From contig NW_014569457.1 of NCBI RefSeq assembly GCF_000743755.1, forward strand, positions 1-34,069: 34,069 nucleotides of DNA, read 5' to 3'. This document shows, in pieces, positions 1 through 10,491 of the stretch. The DNA is from Blastocystis sp. subtype 4 (lineage: Eukaryota). Each line of letters begins with the position of its first letter. Within the stretch, counting starts at the first letter, position 1. Under the pieces are notes generated by a model. It saw nothing but the letters and a program-made list of their open reading frames with translations, had not been told where the DNA came from and searched no databases. Made by a program: the position numbers and the translations under genes.

Positions 1-1365
1 GAGATCAACATCGATCATATCGGGGAAACTGTTTGAATCAAAGATGAGAGATTGGACATTGAGAGGAATTGAATCCCAATCTGAAGATGCTATGAACTCG
101 ATATCTTGATTACATGTCATGAATTGAAGTTCAGGGATATAGGTTATTCTAGTTGATTGAACAGAATTGACAGTGAACTTGATTGATTTGAATAGTGAAG
201 AAGAATTGAATGACCATTGTTTCCATGAATGACGATTATAAGTGTCACCAGATTGAGTGAATAGAGTAGTCCAAGAAGAATCAGAGTCACTTCCTGATAC
301 AGTCAATAAAGACGGAAATTCATCTGAATAATCATAAGTATATAATCGAATAGAATTGATAAGAGGAATGATAGCTCCAAATGAACCAATCACATATTTA
401 GGAAGAGTAGAAGGAGATGTCTCAATATGAAAATTCCAATTATAATCAAATGCATATGAAGGACCACTGAATGTACCAGAAGCAGAGATAGAATGAGGAT
501 AAACAGAACAAGGATTATCAGTAGAAATGCCAGATTGATAAGAAATGAAAGAATTGAAATCGATAGTTCTTTCATTAACAGAAGTGAAATGAAGTTCAAC
601 AGATATGACAGATTGATTGATTTGAGCATAGAAAGCAGGAAGAATGATTCCTCGATAATCAGCAGAAGAATATGAATTAGTAGCGAGAGTGGAATGAGTA
701 ATAACTCCTTGGGGCATATTGTCTCTGAATACTTCAATTCCATTGATATAAGCAATGATACCATGAGAATAGTAGAATTGAATATCGATAGAAGCCATTC
801 CAATGACTCCATCGAATGATTTCCTGAAGTACTGAGTATTATATGAAGTGATAGAAGAAGATCCGAGAATGATTGATATCCATTGATTATCATTGAATGA
901 ATTGGTATTCCAAAGAGAATGATAACTATCACTGTATCTCCAATTACTATTCTTATTGATAGGAGAATACAAACCAAATTGATAACTCTCTTGATTTACA
1001 CCATATCTCATGATGTTCTTGAAGACAGTATTATCATTAATATCATTTATTGAGATCCATCCACCTGCCCACCATCCACTACTATGTGAATCTTTCATGA
1101 TAAGAGTGTAGATATGATTAGAAGAAGCATTCAGACAGACTTCATATTGTCGATTACCTGAAGGAGAAGTGAATAGAGTAGATGATCCAGATACAATCTC
1201 AAATGACTCATAACCAGGATCCCTGCCAGTTTTCTTAGTGATTTTAACATAGTCCTGATTGGATGAACATTGAATAGAGTGAGAAAGGATAACTAGAAAT
1301 GAGAGTAGAATGAAGAATGAAACAGAATGTGAAGAATAGAATGAGATGATTGATACTACAATCAA
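1..1365 (-). CDS. Partial secreted/surface protein (runs off the left edge): hydrophobic N-terminus, beta-rich galactose-binding-like region, start of an LRR-like tail
   Basis: The minus frame is open from ~1365 to position 1 and is missing from the ORF track because no stop lies in the window. It reads FFILLSFLVILSHSIQCSSNQDYVKITKK...YTLIMKDSHSSGWWAGGWISI...QYFRKSFDGVIGMASIDIQFYYSHGIIAYINGIEVFRDNMPQG...ELQFMTCNQ...SSDWDSIPLNVQSLIFDSNSF. No introns seen. No in-frame ATG was found, so the start is uncertain. Confidence 0.7.
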   Translation of the reverse strand, partial: MIVVSIISFYSSHSVSFFILLSFLVILSHSIQCSSNQDYVKITKKTGRDPGYESFEIVSGSSTLFTSPSGNRQYEVCLNASSNHIYTLIMKDSHSSGWWAGGWISINDINDNTVFKNIMRYGVNQESYQFGLYSPINKNSNWRYSDSYHSLWNTNSFNDNQWISIILGSSSITSYNTQYFRKSFDGVIGMASIDIQFYYSHGIIAYINGIEVFRDNMPQGVITHSTLATNSYSSADYRGIILPAFYAQINQSVISVELHFTSVNERTIDFNSFISYQSGISTDNPCSVYPHSISASGTFSGPSYAFDYNWNFHIETSPSTLPKYVIGSFGAIIPLINSIRLYTYDYSDEFPSLLTVSGSDSDSSWTTLFTQSGDTYNRHSWKQWSFNSSSLFKSIKFTVNSVQSTRITYIPELQFMTCNQDIEFIASSDWDSIPLNVQSLIFDSNSFPDMIDVDL

Positions 1366-1708
1366 CAACAATCATAACAAGAAATAATTAGTGATGAAGA
1401 AATAAACGGATGAGAATTAATGAAATGATAACAAATTGATGCGATAGAGGATGAGAAATAAAGTGATCTACTTCAATTCTGATATATGAATAGAATTGAT
1501 ATGATATAAAAGTGTAGATATAAATGGAAATAAGAGATGAATGATATGATGAATGAATGATGAATAAAGAGATTCCCATGCTCTGAATCAGTCAAAGTGA
1601 ATTAATCTACTCCCCGCGGTTAGAGATTATTACCATTTTTTGTATTGAATAAAGAAGAATCGCCCTCATAGGTTTGAAATGTGAAATGGACTGACTCATA
1701 GCAATAGA

Positions 1709-2316
1709 ATGAGATTAACATCCGAGATTATCACGCAAGCACGAGCATTCTACAATCCTTTGAAGCAGAGGGAGTTGGATATCCGCGGATTGAAAATTCC
1801 TGTGATGGAGAATTTGGGAGCTGCCGAAGATCAATTTGATGTCATTGATCTTTCGGATAACTCCATTGGCTGTATTGAAAATATTCCCAAGTTTCCTCGC
1901 CTACATACACTGCTTTTGAATAATAATTTAGTCTCAAAAATCACCAAAGGCTTAGGAGCCAATGTTCCTCATTGTGCTTGTTTGGTTTATATCCTTGAAA
2001 GTATGGGTATCAAATTCTATGTTGCCTTTACCCCTACTGACGAACAATCGTATTTCAAGTTTCTCTGAAATTGAGCATTTACAAGACTGGCCTAGTTTAT
2101 GTAGGTACTAGTAGATTTTCATTAAAATAGCAAATCTGTCGTTAGTTGACAATCCCATTGTGAATGAAAAGGACTTCCGTATTCGTATTGTTAGTATTCT
2201 TCCCAACTTGCGAGTTTTAAATTTCCAGAAAGTCACTATGAAGGTCGTTGTTGCAACTTGATCGTGATTCGTAGGAGAAAGAAGCTGCTATGAATTTGGC
2301 AAGTTCTAGGAATTGA
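1709..2316 (+). CDS. SNRPA1: U2 snRNP A' protein (LRR)
   Basis: MRLTSEII...RELDIRGLKIPVMENLG...FDVIDLSDN. Introns at 1989-2037 (AT-AC), 2101-2130 and 2244-2274 give ...LVLTNNRISSFSEIEHL...LSLVDNPIV...LRVLNFQKVTMKEKEAA, ending at TGA 2314-2316. Confidence 0.95.
1989..2037 (+). other. U12-type AT-AC intron (49 nt) in SNRPA1
   Basis: 5' end ATATCCTT, branch-like CCTTTAC, 3' end CTAC. Removal restores the frame and the conserved LxLTNN LRR. Confidence 0.9.
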
Positions 2317-2419
2317 TTTGTTTCTTTACTGAGATTGTTTCTTGACACACTAAGGAATTGGGGAATCCCAACCATTTCGAAACTTGCCACTCGTGTTTCT
2401 GGAAAAGAAACGTTGATAA

Positions 2420-4284
2420 ATGGCTGAAAACGGCTTTACAAATCTAGGAGAGAATTTTGATAATAAGCGTCCAGACACTGAAAGCGAACCAGTTGATGAA
2501 GGTAAGAATGACGGTTGGAGTTCTAAGATATAGGACAGACTCAAAAAGCTGCTATTCACACGGATGAGAACGGAATTACTTGTATTGTTGGTTTGTAAGA
2601 GCTGAGACTCAGATGTGGATGGACTGTGCATGAATTGTGGCCAACAAGGTCACAACAGGTTGATGATGACTCGAATTCCAAATTTTCGAGAGATCATTAT
2701 TGTTGCCTTTGAATGTGGGTATCTTTTTTATTGTTTCATTCTCTAGGTCCTCACTGTGGTTTTAAGAACAATGAAGTTCAGAGTGGAGCAACCATCCAAG
2801 AACGGGGAGTCCGTTATCAACTCACAGTGTCAGACAAGATTGTTGTGTTGACGATTTGTGCTGAAGTATAGGATTTAAACCGTCAGATCATCAAAGGAGA
2901 TAATTGTACGATCAGTATTCCTGAAGTCCAGTTGGATATTCCTGACAATACACAACGTGGTGACTTAAATACAGTGGAGGGAGTGATTAGTCGGGTTGCT
3001 GATCAACTTCGTCAAGAACAGCCCTATCGTAAAGAGAACTGCCCCGAAGTATATGAGCAGATTGAAGCATTCTGCAAGCGTCTTGATAACTTATCTTCGG
3101 GAGTCGAGTTGCCATTCACCATGATCGTGGATGATCCTTCTGGTAATTCATTTGTGGAAAACCCGTATCTTCCGAAGGTGATTACTGGATTCTAGAGTAA
3201 CAAATAGAAAGATCCTCATTGTCGTGTATTCCATTACTATCGTACAAAAGAGCAACATTTGGTAATTGAATGGGACAAGATTGATGAATAGGCTCTGGGT
3301 ATGGCTTTGCCAGATGATGATTCAACCATTCATTGGGGTGAAGAAGGAAATCTGGAGGAAGAATTAGAAGAGAAAGAGAAAGAAGGAGGTCAACTGCATA
3401 TTGAGTCAAAGTATCAACATTTTGATAGCAGTGCTGTCGAAGCTGATAAGGAGTTGATGGTGATGCCAGCTCCTTGTCATGCTTGTGGTCATATGGGTGA
3501 ATCCAAGATGTGTGTCACAGATATTCCATATTTCAAGGAAGTCATCATTATGTCATTTGTATGTGATTTCTGTGGTTTCCGAACGAATGAAGTATGAGTA
3601 GAAGTTGATAATGAATGATAGATTAAAGCTGGAGGAAGTATCCCTAAACAAGGACAACGTCTTATCCTACGTACTGATAGTGAACATTTGGGAGAGGATT
3701 TACGTCGTGATTTACTGAAATCTGATACTGCGACTGTTTATGTGAGAGAAAGATGATTGAATGAATGATAGATTCCAGAGATCAATTTAGAATTGGAGTC
3801 AGGAACATTAGGTGGACTCTATTCAACAGTAGAAGGATTACTCACTCAAATTATTGATGGAATGAATGATGGGAATCCTTTGTTCCTTGGTGATTCTGCT
3901 GTTGAAAAGAAGAAGGAGGAATATGACGAATTCATGAATACGTTGAAGAGTATGAGAGATGGAAAGACGCCTTTCACTTTGGATATCGTGGATCCTTTGG
4001 CTAATTCATGGATTTATTCAGATTGTGCTCCTAATCCAGATCCTCGTTTGGAGATTGTTGACTATACACGGTCATTTGAAGAGGATGAAGCATTAGGATT
4101 GAATGATATGGTGGTGGATGATGAGGAGATTGCGAAGAATAATATGAATGAGTTAAAACAGAAATTAGAAGAGGAGGCGAAGAAGGTTGTTGAAGAGGAG
4201 GAAAGGGTTGTTGAGGAGAAGAAGGAGAAAATGGTAGAAATTGAGAAAGCGGCGGAAGCTATGAAGGAACCTGCAACTATTTAA
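2420..4284 (+). CDS. ZPR1: Zinc finger protein ZPR1 (two C4 zinc finger + domain units), multi-exon
   Basis: CMNC...IPNFREII...FECPHCGFKNNEV; CHAC...IPYFKEVIIMSFVCDFCGFRTNEV; TVEG and DDPSGNSF/DPLANSWI motifs; several ~30 nt introns. Confidence 0.95.
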
Positions 4285-4325
4285 GTAGACACAAAGGACT
4301 GTGATGAATTTGGGATTTAGAGAAT

Positions 4326-4333
4326 TGTTTGTT
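4326..4333 (+). terminator. TGTTTGTT element (ZPR1)
   Basis: Perfect consensus 41 nt after the stop. Confidence 0.8.
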
Positions 4334-4369
4334 TATCACAATGCTAATCATTATTGCCAAAGAAAAAAG

Positions 4370-4442
4370 CGCCGAGAAGGTGGATCGAACACCTGACCTT
4401 ATGATCTTCAGTCATACGCTCTCCCAACTGAGCTATCTTGGC
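4370..4442 (-). tRNA. tRNA-Phe (GAA)
   Basis: Reverse complement GCCAAGATAGCTCAGTTGGGAGAGCGTATGACTGAAGATCATAAGGTCAGGTGTTCGATCCACCTTCTCGGC; cloverleaf with GAA anticodon, followed by a T-run terminator. Confidence 0.95.
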
Positions 4443-4477
4443 TTCTAACAAATACCCTCAACTCACTTATATAAAAC

Positions 4478-5905
4478 TTATGTATCCAATTCACTTGTCC
4501 AATCAAACTTCAACCACACCTTCAAAAAGCGTTTCAACTATCTTATCATCCACTCTCATACAAATACAATTGCTTGAATATCTTCGTCACTCCGCCGAAG
4601 CATCTCACTTGTTGGTAAGTCCAACATTCCCGCTAGCACATCTTGAGCGAAGTTTCTCTTGAAATTCTTTTCATCCTCAATCATATGAACCAAACTGCCT
4701 GGAGAACCAGTGATATTGGACCATTCCACATAACAGTAGGCAAAACCTTTTGGAACAGATCGCAATAATCCCTTCTCCGAAGTGTCCATACACTTTCGAT
4801 TAGCAGCCTGCCAAACGTCATCACACTAGATCACAAATTCAACTCAGAAGTACCTCAAGCATCGCCTTTCTGAAATAGATAGGAGCGTCCATTTCAACCT
4901 CCTTCGGAACCATCACACATTCTACTACACAATGCTGACGACCTCGAGGAAGATGAACCTCTTCAAAGCAAATCAGACCACGACCCTGTGTATGAAGTGA
5001 CAACAAATCATGTACGAGACTATGAGCCATTGCTGTCAGTGACTGCTTGAAGCGTTGAATCTCGTTGGTCACCTCTTCATCACATTCAGTTTGAGACCAG
5101 ATATGTTGAAGTGGACAGATCTGAACATGCCATTCATTCAGTCGCATTTTCGAACACATTGTCAAGTAGGTATGATCTCCTAAAGCTCTACATTTATTTA
5201 CAGAATCAATGAATTACATGATATTATCTTTTGGTATCACATCAGAACCATAACAATAGAAACAATTAGCAGTGATGTTCTCCCACCGTTGGTGAGCTTT
5301 GATGGCCTCTTTCATTTCCGTTTCTTGACGTTTCTTATCTGTCATAAATTCCTCCTTCCCCTTATATTGACGAACGTCGATTTCATCTTCTTCATCCAGA
5401 CCCGTTGTACTACTTCCCAGCTATCCTAAATAAACCTCAAAATATCTACTGGTTTATATGCATGACCTTGTTTTATAATATTGTGCATGATCATCTCATC
5501 AATCGACTTCTCCTCATGGGTCAGAATTGCCCTTTTCATTTCAGCAATCGATAAATCTCTTTCTTCTTTTTTAATCCCTCTTCTGCCTCCTGACAACCGA
5601 TCTTCAGGTGCAGATTTGATTTGCTAGGAATTACTCTCATTAGGCAGACACACTTGTTTCATCAAAGCTGGAAGGAGGTTTCCGTGTTCATCCAACGGAG
5701 TAACAATCTCCACCTTGCCATCTTCTTCTTTGGATTCATCTACAATAAGTTCTAACCAGATCTCCATACATTGGTCAACTCGTCTTCGCTTTCCACTACG
5801 TAAGCCTTCCAAATCACGTTCATATTCCACTGCACTCTTCTTATCTCCATTTAACCGAGCGTGGAACGCCTTTGCAGCCATTATATTACATTCATCCTTC
5901 TCCAT
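4478..5905 (-). CDS. CWF19L2: CWF19-like protein 2 (CwfJ C-terminal domains), multi-exon; start approximate
   Basis: NCFYC, HVQICPLQH, HCVVECVMVP, APIYFRKAMLE, LLRSVPKGFAYCYVEW, FAQDVLAGMLDL, terminal FDWTSELDT* (TAA 4478-4480). Confidence 0.88.
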
Positions 5906-5974
5906 TTCGAATAAGTTGACAAACAATGAAGACGGCACTTCGGTCTTCTTTCAATTTCACGCCCTTCATCAATC

Positions 5975-6358
5975 ATGGCTGAGGACTTACACAAGATGCT
6001 GAATCGTGACATACAAATCGTTTGATTGATGAATAGAGAAAGTGCTGGTGATGGCAAATGATGGTCGCGTGTTTATTGTTAGAATTACTTGATTCACTCA
6101 CATGCAGGGAATGCTCCGAGGAATTGATCAAGTTACCAATCTCGTTTTGGAAGATGTGGAAGAACGAGTTTTCTCAAAGACAAATCAAATGACCGTAGAT
6201 ACATATGACGTGAATCTGTTTCGTGGAGATGATATGTATGTGATTTCTTTTATTTGTGATAGTGTAGAGCTATAGTGGCATTATATAATGAAGAAAAGGA
6301 TAAAGAGGTGGACTGGAGTCAAATCCGTGTAGAACCAATTGATCCCATCCATCATTAA
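5975..6358 (+). CDS. LSM8: U6 snRNA-associated Sm-like protein LSm8 (3 introns; not in the ORF track)
   Basis: Spliced: MAEDLHKMLNQKVLVMANDGRVFIGMLRGIDQVTNLVLEDVEERVFS...FRGDDIAIVALYNEEKDKEVDWSQIRVEPIDPIHH*. Confidence 0.9.
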
Positions 6359-6385
6359 CTTGTTTTCTTCAAACAGAATGCTAAA

Positions 6386-7717
6386 TCAACCATAATACTT
6401 CTTCTGGAGGAGAGTAATCAGTGAATCAAGCGATTTACATAGCTCTGTCTCCTCTTTCCCATCCTTCTTGATATCCTCTAATAGCACAATATCTCGACGT
6501 GTCAAACCATTCTCATAGAGCTTGAGAAGATCGATATAACGAATTGCATAGTCTATTTCCTTATAGGCAAGCATCACTTCTAAAGGAGTCAAGCCCAACA
6601 TCACAATGTATCCACCACGATCCAGAGAGGATATTCGCTCGCAAAATAGTCTCACATCTTCTCGTTCCACTGCAATATGGTCTTGTTTACAGACTAACAA
6701 CAGATCACACACATCCTTAAAAGAAACCGCTGTAACTTTCACGTCCATCAGTAACGCTTTTTCGATACACTTTAATGCATCCGATATACTTCCATCTTCA
6801 GCATAGAATTGGATAATTGCATTGTGAATTGTTGCAGACTTCTACAGATTACAATCCTCTCCTATGTTTACAGGTTGTGACTCAATACATCTATCAAATA
6901 GTTGGGTGAAGGGCCGGAACTGGGATGCATTGGAAATAATGTAGTCAGTAAAAACAACAGGAATGCGCCAATTCTGTTTAATATGCTGTAAAAAGAATAA
7001 AATCAGATCATCTCGCCCTTCGGTGATAAAGGCAGTCAAAGCAATCTGACTCGAATGGTTGTTAAACGATGGAAGAATCTGACCATTGTCTAGCAGTGTC
7101 TACATGTAATAACGGAAGAATACGAAAACCTGCATCGAGTCAAAGATATGACATAACGAGGAAAATGCATCCAAAGAGGATAAACTTTCCACAACAACGT
7201 CATTCAGAAAAGAATTATTCACATATACTTCCTCCTCACAAATTGACGTATAAAACCTCTCAATCAATTCTGCATCACGTAACTCGCATGATACATGTAT
7301 CAGACAACGAAAAGTTAGTGCATGTTTCCTAGTTAGCTTCATCTTCATTATCTTGAAAAAGACATTGGACATATCAGGGATGCCGCAGCGTTGTCCTAGT
7401 TGCTGCATCAGGGAACAAACGGTTCGGAAGTCACTTCGAGGCAAAAACAGAGGCAACTCACTATATGCACGTAGACTCGATTTCACATCATTGTTCATTA
7501 CAAATTGAGATAATTCAACCACGCGTCGATCCTCTGTGGTAACATCCTTCTCTTTAGAATGACGGATCGAAGATAAAGGAGGTGAAGAAGATATCCCTGA
7601 AGCCCAACGACGAGAATAAGTGAATTGAGAAGAGGGAATCATTCGGGTCATCATAGAACACGCTGTAGTCGGATTCAGGACTCTCCGAAATAGAACAGCG
7701 TATCGAGACAGGACCAT
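6386..7717 (-). CDS. PPR-like helical-repeat protein with a likely mitochondrial/MRO targeting peptide
   Basis: R/S-rich, acid-free N-terminus MVLSRYAVLFRRVLNP...RRWASG. PPR-like segments LTFRCLIHVSCELRDAELIERFY and IHNAIIQFYAEDGSISDAL. Confidence 0.6.
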
Positions 7718-7812
7718 TGAGAATGACAATTCAATAACCAGGAATGTTGGAATTCCTAAAAAGTAGTTGATTTGTGCATTTCTGAACTCATATATTCTTT
7801 TACAAGGAATCG

Positions 7813-9358
7813 ATGGACGAAGAGACAGTGACTCGTTGCATCCAAATATTGGATTTACTTATGGAGGATGAGAATGCTTGGCCCTTTCTCAAACCTGTAG
7901 ACCCTGTTGCTGATCACTGTCCTTCTTACTTTGATGTAATCAAGAATCCAATGGATTTTGGCACAATCCAAGTAGGTCTTGCTAAAATAGGTAGACTAGT
8001 AGACGAAATTGAATGACCGAGTATATAAGAGTTTTCAGGAGTTTGATGATGATGTTTTAGTGAGATATGCTGTTGAGATGTAGATGCGACTCGTTTTTTC
8101 AAATTGTCTTTTGTTTAACAAAGGACCTTCTTCACGGGGTATTCGAAAAATGGCTATGGAGTTGCGTTCGTTGTATGATCGTCATTCTACTTCCGGTCAC
8201 ACTAAAGAACAGTCGAATGGTGAATCGCATTATCAAGAGATCTGGAGACAATGTGATCGTTGTTTTAAATGGAGGCGAATTAGTGTTACGGACCCTTCTC
8301 CTTGCCGTTGGAAGTGTGGAGATAGTGGAGATGGAAATACGTGTGATACACCAGAAGTGAAGGATATTCGTTTGTGTGAGATCTAGGAAAAGCATCCTCA
8401 AGGAAAAGTGACGAATGATGGTAACTCGTTGGTTTCGGTTATCAATACAACACTTATCCGACGAGAAAAGATGGCTCATGAGTTTATGGATCCGATAACG
8501 ACTCTTGAAAAGAGTGGATTTAGGTGAGTTGATTAATGAATAGATGAGATTGAGAGCGATAATTTCTATCGTTATTTGCAGACCTGTTGGACATGTAATT
8601 TTGAAACAAAGTCTTCTGTCTCCACAATTATGATGCAGGTGGAACAACTTGGAATTCCTCTTCTTCACTTATATTCCATTGTAAAAGAGAATAAAAAGGT
8701 GAGTTTGAGTGATTTTATTGATCAATAGAGGTGGAGGGCCATTTTCAAAATCCTTCAGGGTATGTACCCTCTATTACAAGATAAATCGTTACAGAAACAA
8801 GTAGAAGATATATACCAGCAATATGTGGAACCTTATGAAAGAGGATGGGAATTGCTACAGCAAGCTTCCCAGAAACGAGAGTTACCTACGACGTTTGAAT
8901 TGTATTCCCATCCTGAGAAGGAGAAACGAATGAAAGAAGGAGAAGGGATAGTATGTTGTAAGTGTAATGTCAATGTGCAAGAAAGTGAGGGGAAACGAGT
9001 ATGTGTTTTATGTAAAGATGCTTTCTGTGATCAGTGCCTGAAAGGAGCCTCTTCCAAACCGAATGAGCAATGGATCTGTCCTACCTGTCAACAGCTAACT
9101 ACTCCATCGTGGGGAGATTTGCTTTTCTGCATTGAATGTGGACTGCCAATTGAGGAGAGTGAAGTGGAAACCAAATGTTGGCGGTGTTGTCAGTGTTCAG
9201 GTCTCTTTCATCGTCATTGTATCAAGACAACGGTAGATGATCCCCAAAGCTGGACTTGTTGTGATTGCTGCAATTTGCCAGAGGACTTGGATTCGTTAAC
9301 CAGTACCATCCTGATAGACCCCACATCGAATTTCCTCACATGCTACTATTCTTCGTGA
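7813..9358 (+). CDS. Chromatin reader: bromodomain + CW zinc finger + degenerate ARID + two PHD-like fingers
   Basis: AWPFLKPVDP...YFDVIKNPMDFGTI...MRLVFSNCLLFN (bromo); WRQCDRCFKWRR...WKC (zf-CW); LLHLYSIV...RWRAIFKIL...IYQQYVEPYE (ARID-like); CCKC...WICPTC and CIEC...FHRHC...WTCCDC (PHD). Confidence 0.8.
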
Positions 9359-9447
9359 TGTTTCTGTACTCTATTCTTCTAGTATGGCTGTTTCTTGATA
9401 AATAAAGATTCCATCTGTTCAGCTATTTCTCGTCATTTATAGGAGGA

Positions 9448-9816
9448 ATGGCGAATCAAGAGGAAAAGGAGAGCGTCTCACCCATTGTGAGGATAATTAT
9501 GGAACTTCTCAGTCCTGGTGGTATGATGATTGTAAGAGAGTGTAAATTGATAGCAAACCGAGCTTCGCTCCTTCTGTTGAATGGAACACTTATTTTAATC
9601 TGGATTCTAATTCTTGTTAGTCTGTTTTTCCATTACTACAACATCCATGTGTACCAACTACTTGTTGTGCTCAGACGTAGATACATCACTGGTATTTTGA
9701 CTACGTGTTTGGTTATATTCGTCAATTAGTAAGTGTTCGTTTTCCTTTCTAACTATAGTTTCTCCATTAAGATCAACAGTGTAATCCCTAAAGAAGATGA
9801 AGAGAAAGAGGATTGA
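9448..9816 (+). CDS. Small two-TM ER membrane protein, Pkr1-like (V-ATPase assembly)
   Basis: Spliced: ...ELLSPG|ANRASLLLLNGTLILIWILILVSLFFHYYNIHV|YITGILTTCLVIFVNYFSIKI...EEKED*. The PG...NIH motif pattern resembles Pkr1 (recalled, not searched). Confidence 0.55.
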
Positions 9817-9862
9817 GGTTATGCGTGTTTGATCAACACAGAAAGTATAATGATAAATGATA

Positions 9863-10327
9863 CTATTGAGAGGAAGTGTCCCGATTGATAGGAGTATAAA
9901 CCTCTTTCGTCCGACCAGCTCCTAATTCAGCTTCTTGTTGCGTATATTGTTCTTCATTAGCTTTCTTCACACTATAAAATCACCAAAACTCAATATATGC
10001 ACTTTTTCTTATGAATTTTACTTTGTGTGTGTTTATCAAGAATGTCCTTGGTAATGAAGTACTTATCGCAGTAAAGACAATAGAATTGTCCACCACTACA
10101 GATTAGAAGAAAACCAATGGCAAACCCTGGCAAATCTTCATCATAAGGAATAACACGTTTCTCAGGATCCAGTTTTAATTCATCCTATCGGATTAGACTT
10201 CATTGTAATGAGATACCTGAATCTGATCGAGATCCTTCATCCGATTCTTGATGGCGCGCAATCGCTTCCACTCGCGCTTACTGGAATGTGCTTGACGCTT
10301 TCCTTTGGTTTTACCTCCACTCCCCAT
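9863..10327 (-). CDS. ZNF593: Zinc finger protein 593 / Bud20 (60S biogenesis), 3 introns; not in the ORF track
   Basis: MGSGGKTKGKRQ...RMKDLDQIQDEL...DEDLPGGGQFYCLYCDKYF...HTQSKIHKK...EEQYTQQEAELGAG. Confidence 0.9.
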
Positions 10328-10394
10328 TTCTGCTGAACGATAGAATCACAACTAATCGATATCTTTTAAGAAGGATAAAGAAAGATAATATATA

Positions 10395-10466
10395 GCGCTA
10401 TTGGTGTAGTGGTTAGCATTTACGCTTCCCAAGCGTGAGACCCGAGTTCGAATCCCGGATGGCGCA
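10395..10466 (+). tRNA. tRNA-Gly (CCC)
   Basis: GCGCTATTGGTGTAGTGGTTAGCATTTACGCTTCCCAAGCGTGAGACCCGAGTTCGAATCCCGGATGGCGCA, followed by a T-run. Confidence 0.93.
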
Positions 10467-10491
10467 TTGTTTTTTGCTTTCGTTTGCATCA

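Noticed and set aside
390..977. 195 aa hydrophobic ORF in the track
   Set aside because: An alternative frame of the longer real minus-strand CDS; its Leu/Ile richness is a by-product of composition.
1709..6358. Cluster of splicing-related genes (U2A', ZPR1, CWF19L2, LSM8)
   Set aside because: Mixed orientations in a gene-dense genome rich in housekeeping genes; no evidence of co-regulation from sequence alone.
9353..9366. Poly(A)-made stop for the bromodomain gene (TGTTTCTG at 9359)
   Set aside because: The 4-nt rule puts cleavage after TC, which gives no stop. A genomic TGA exists and a better motif lies near 9389.
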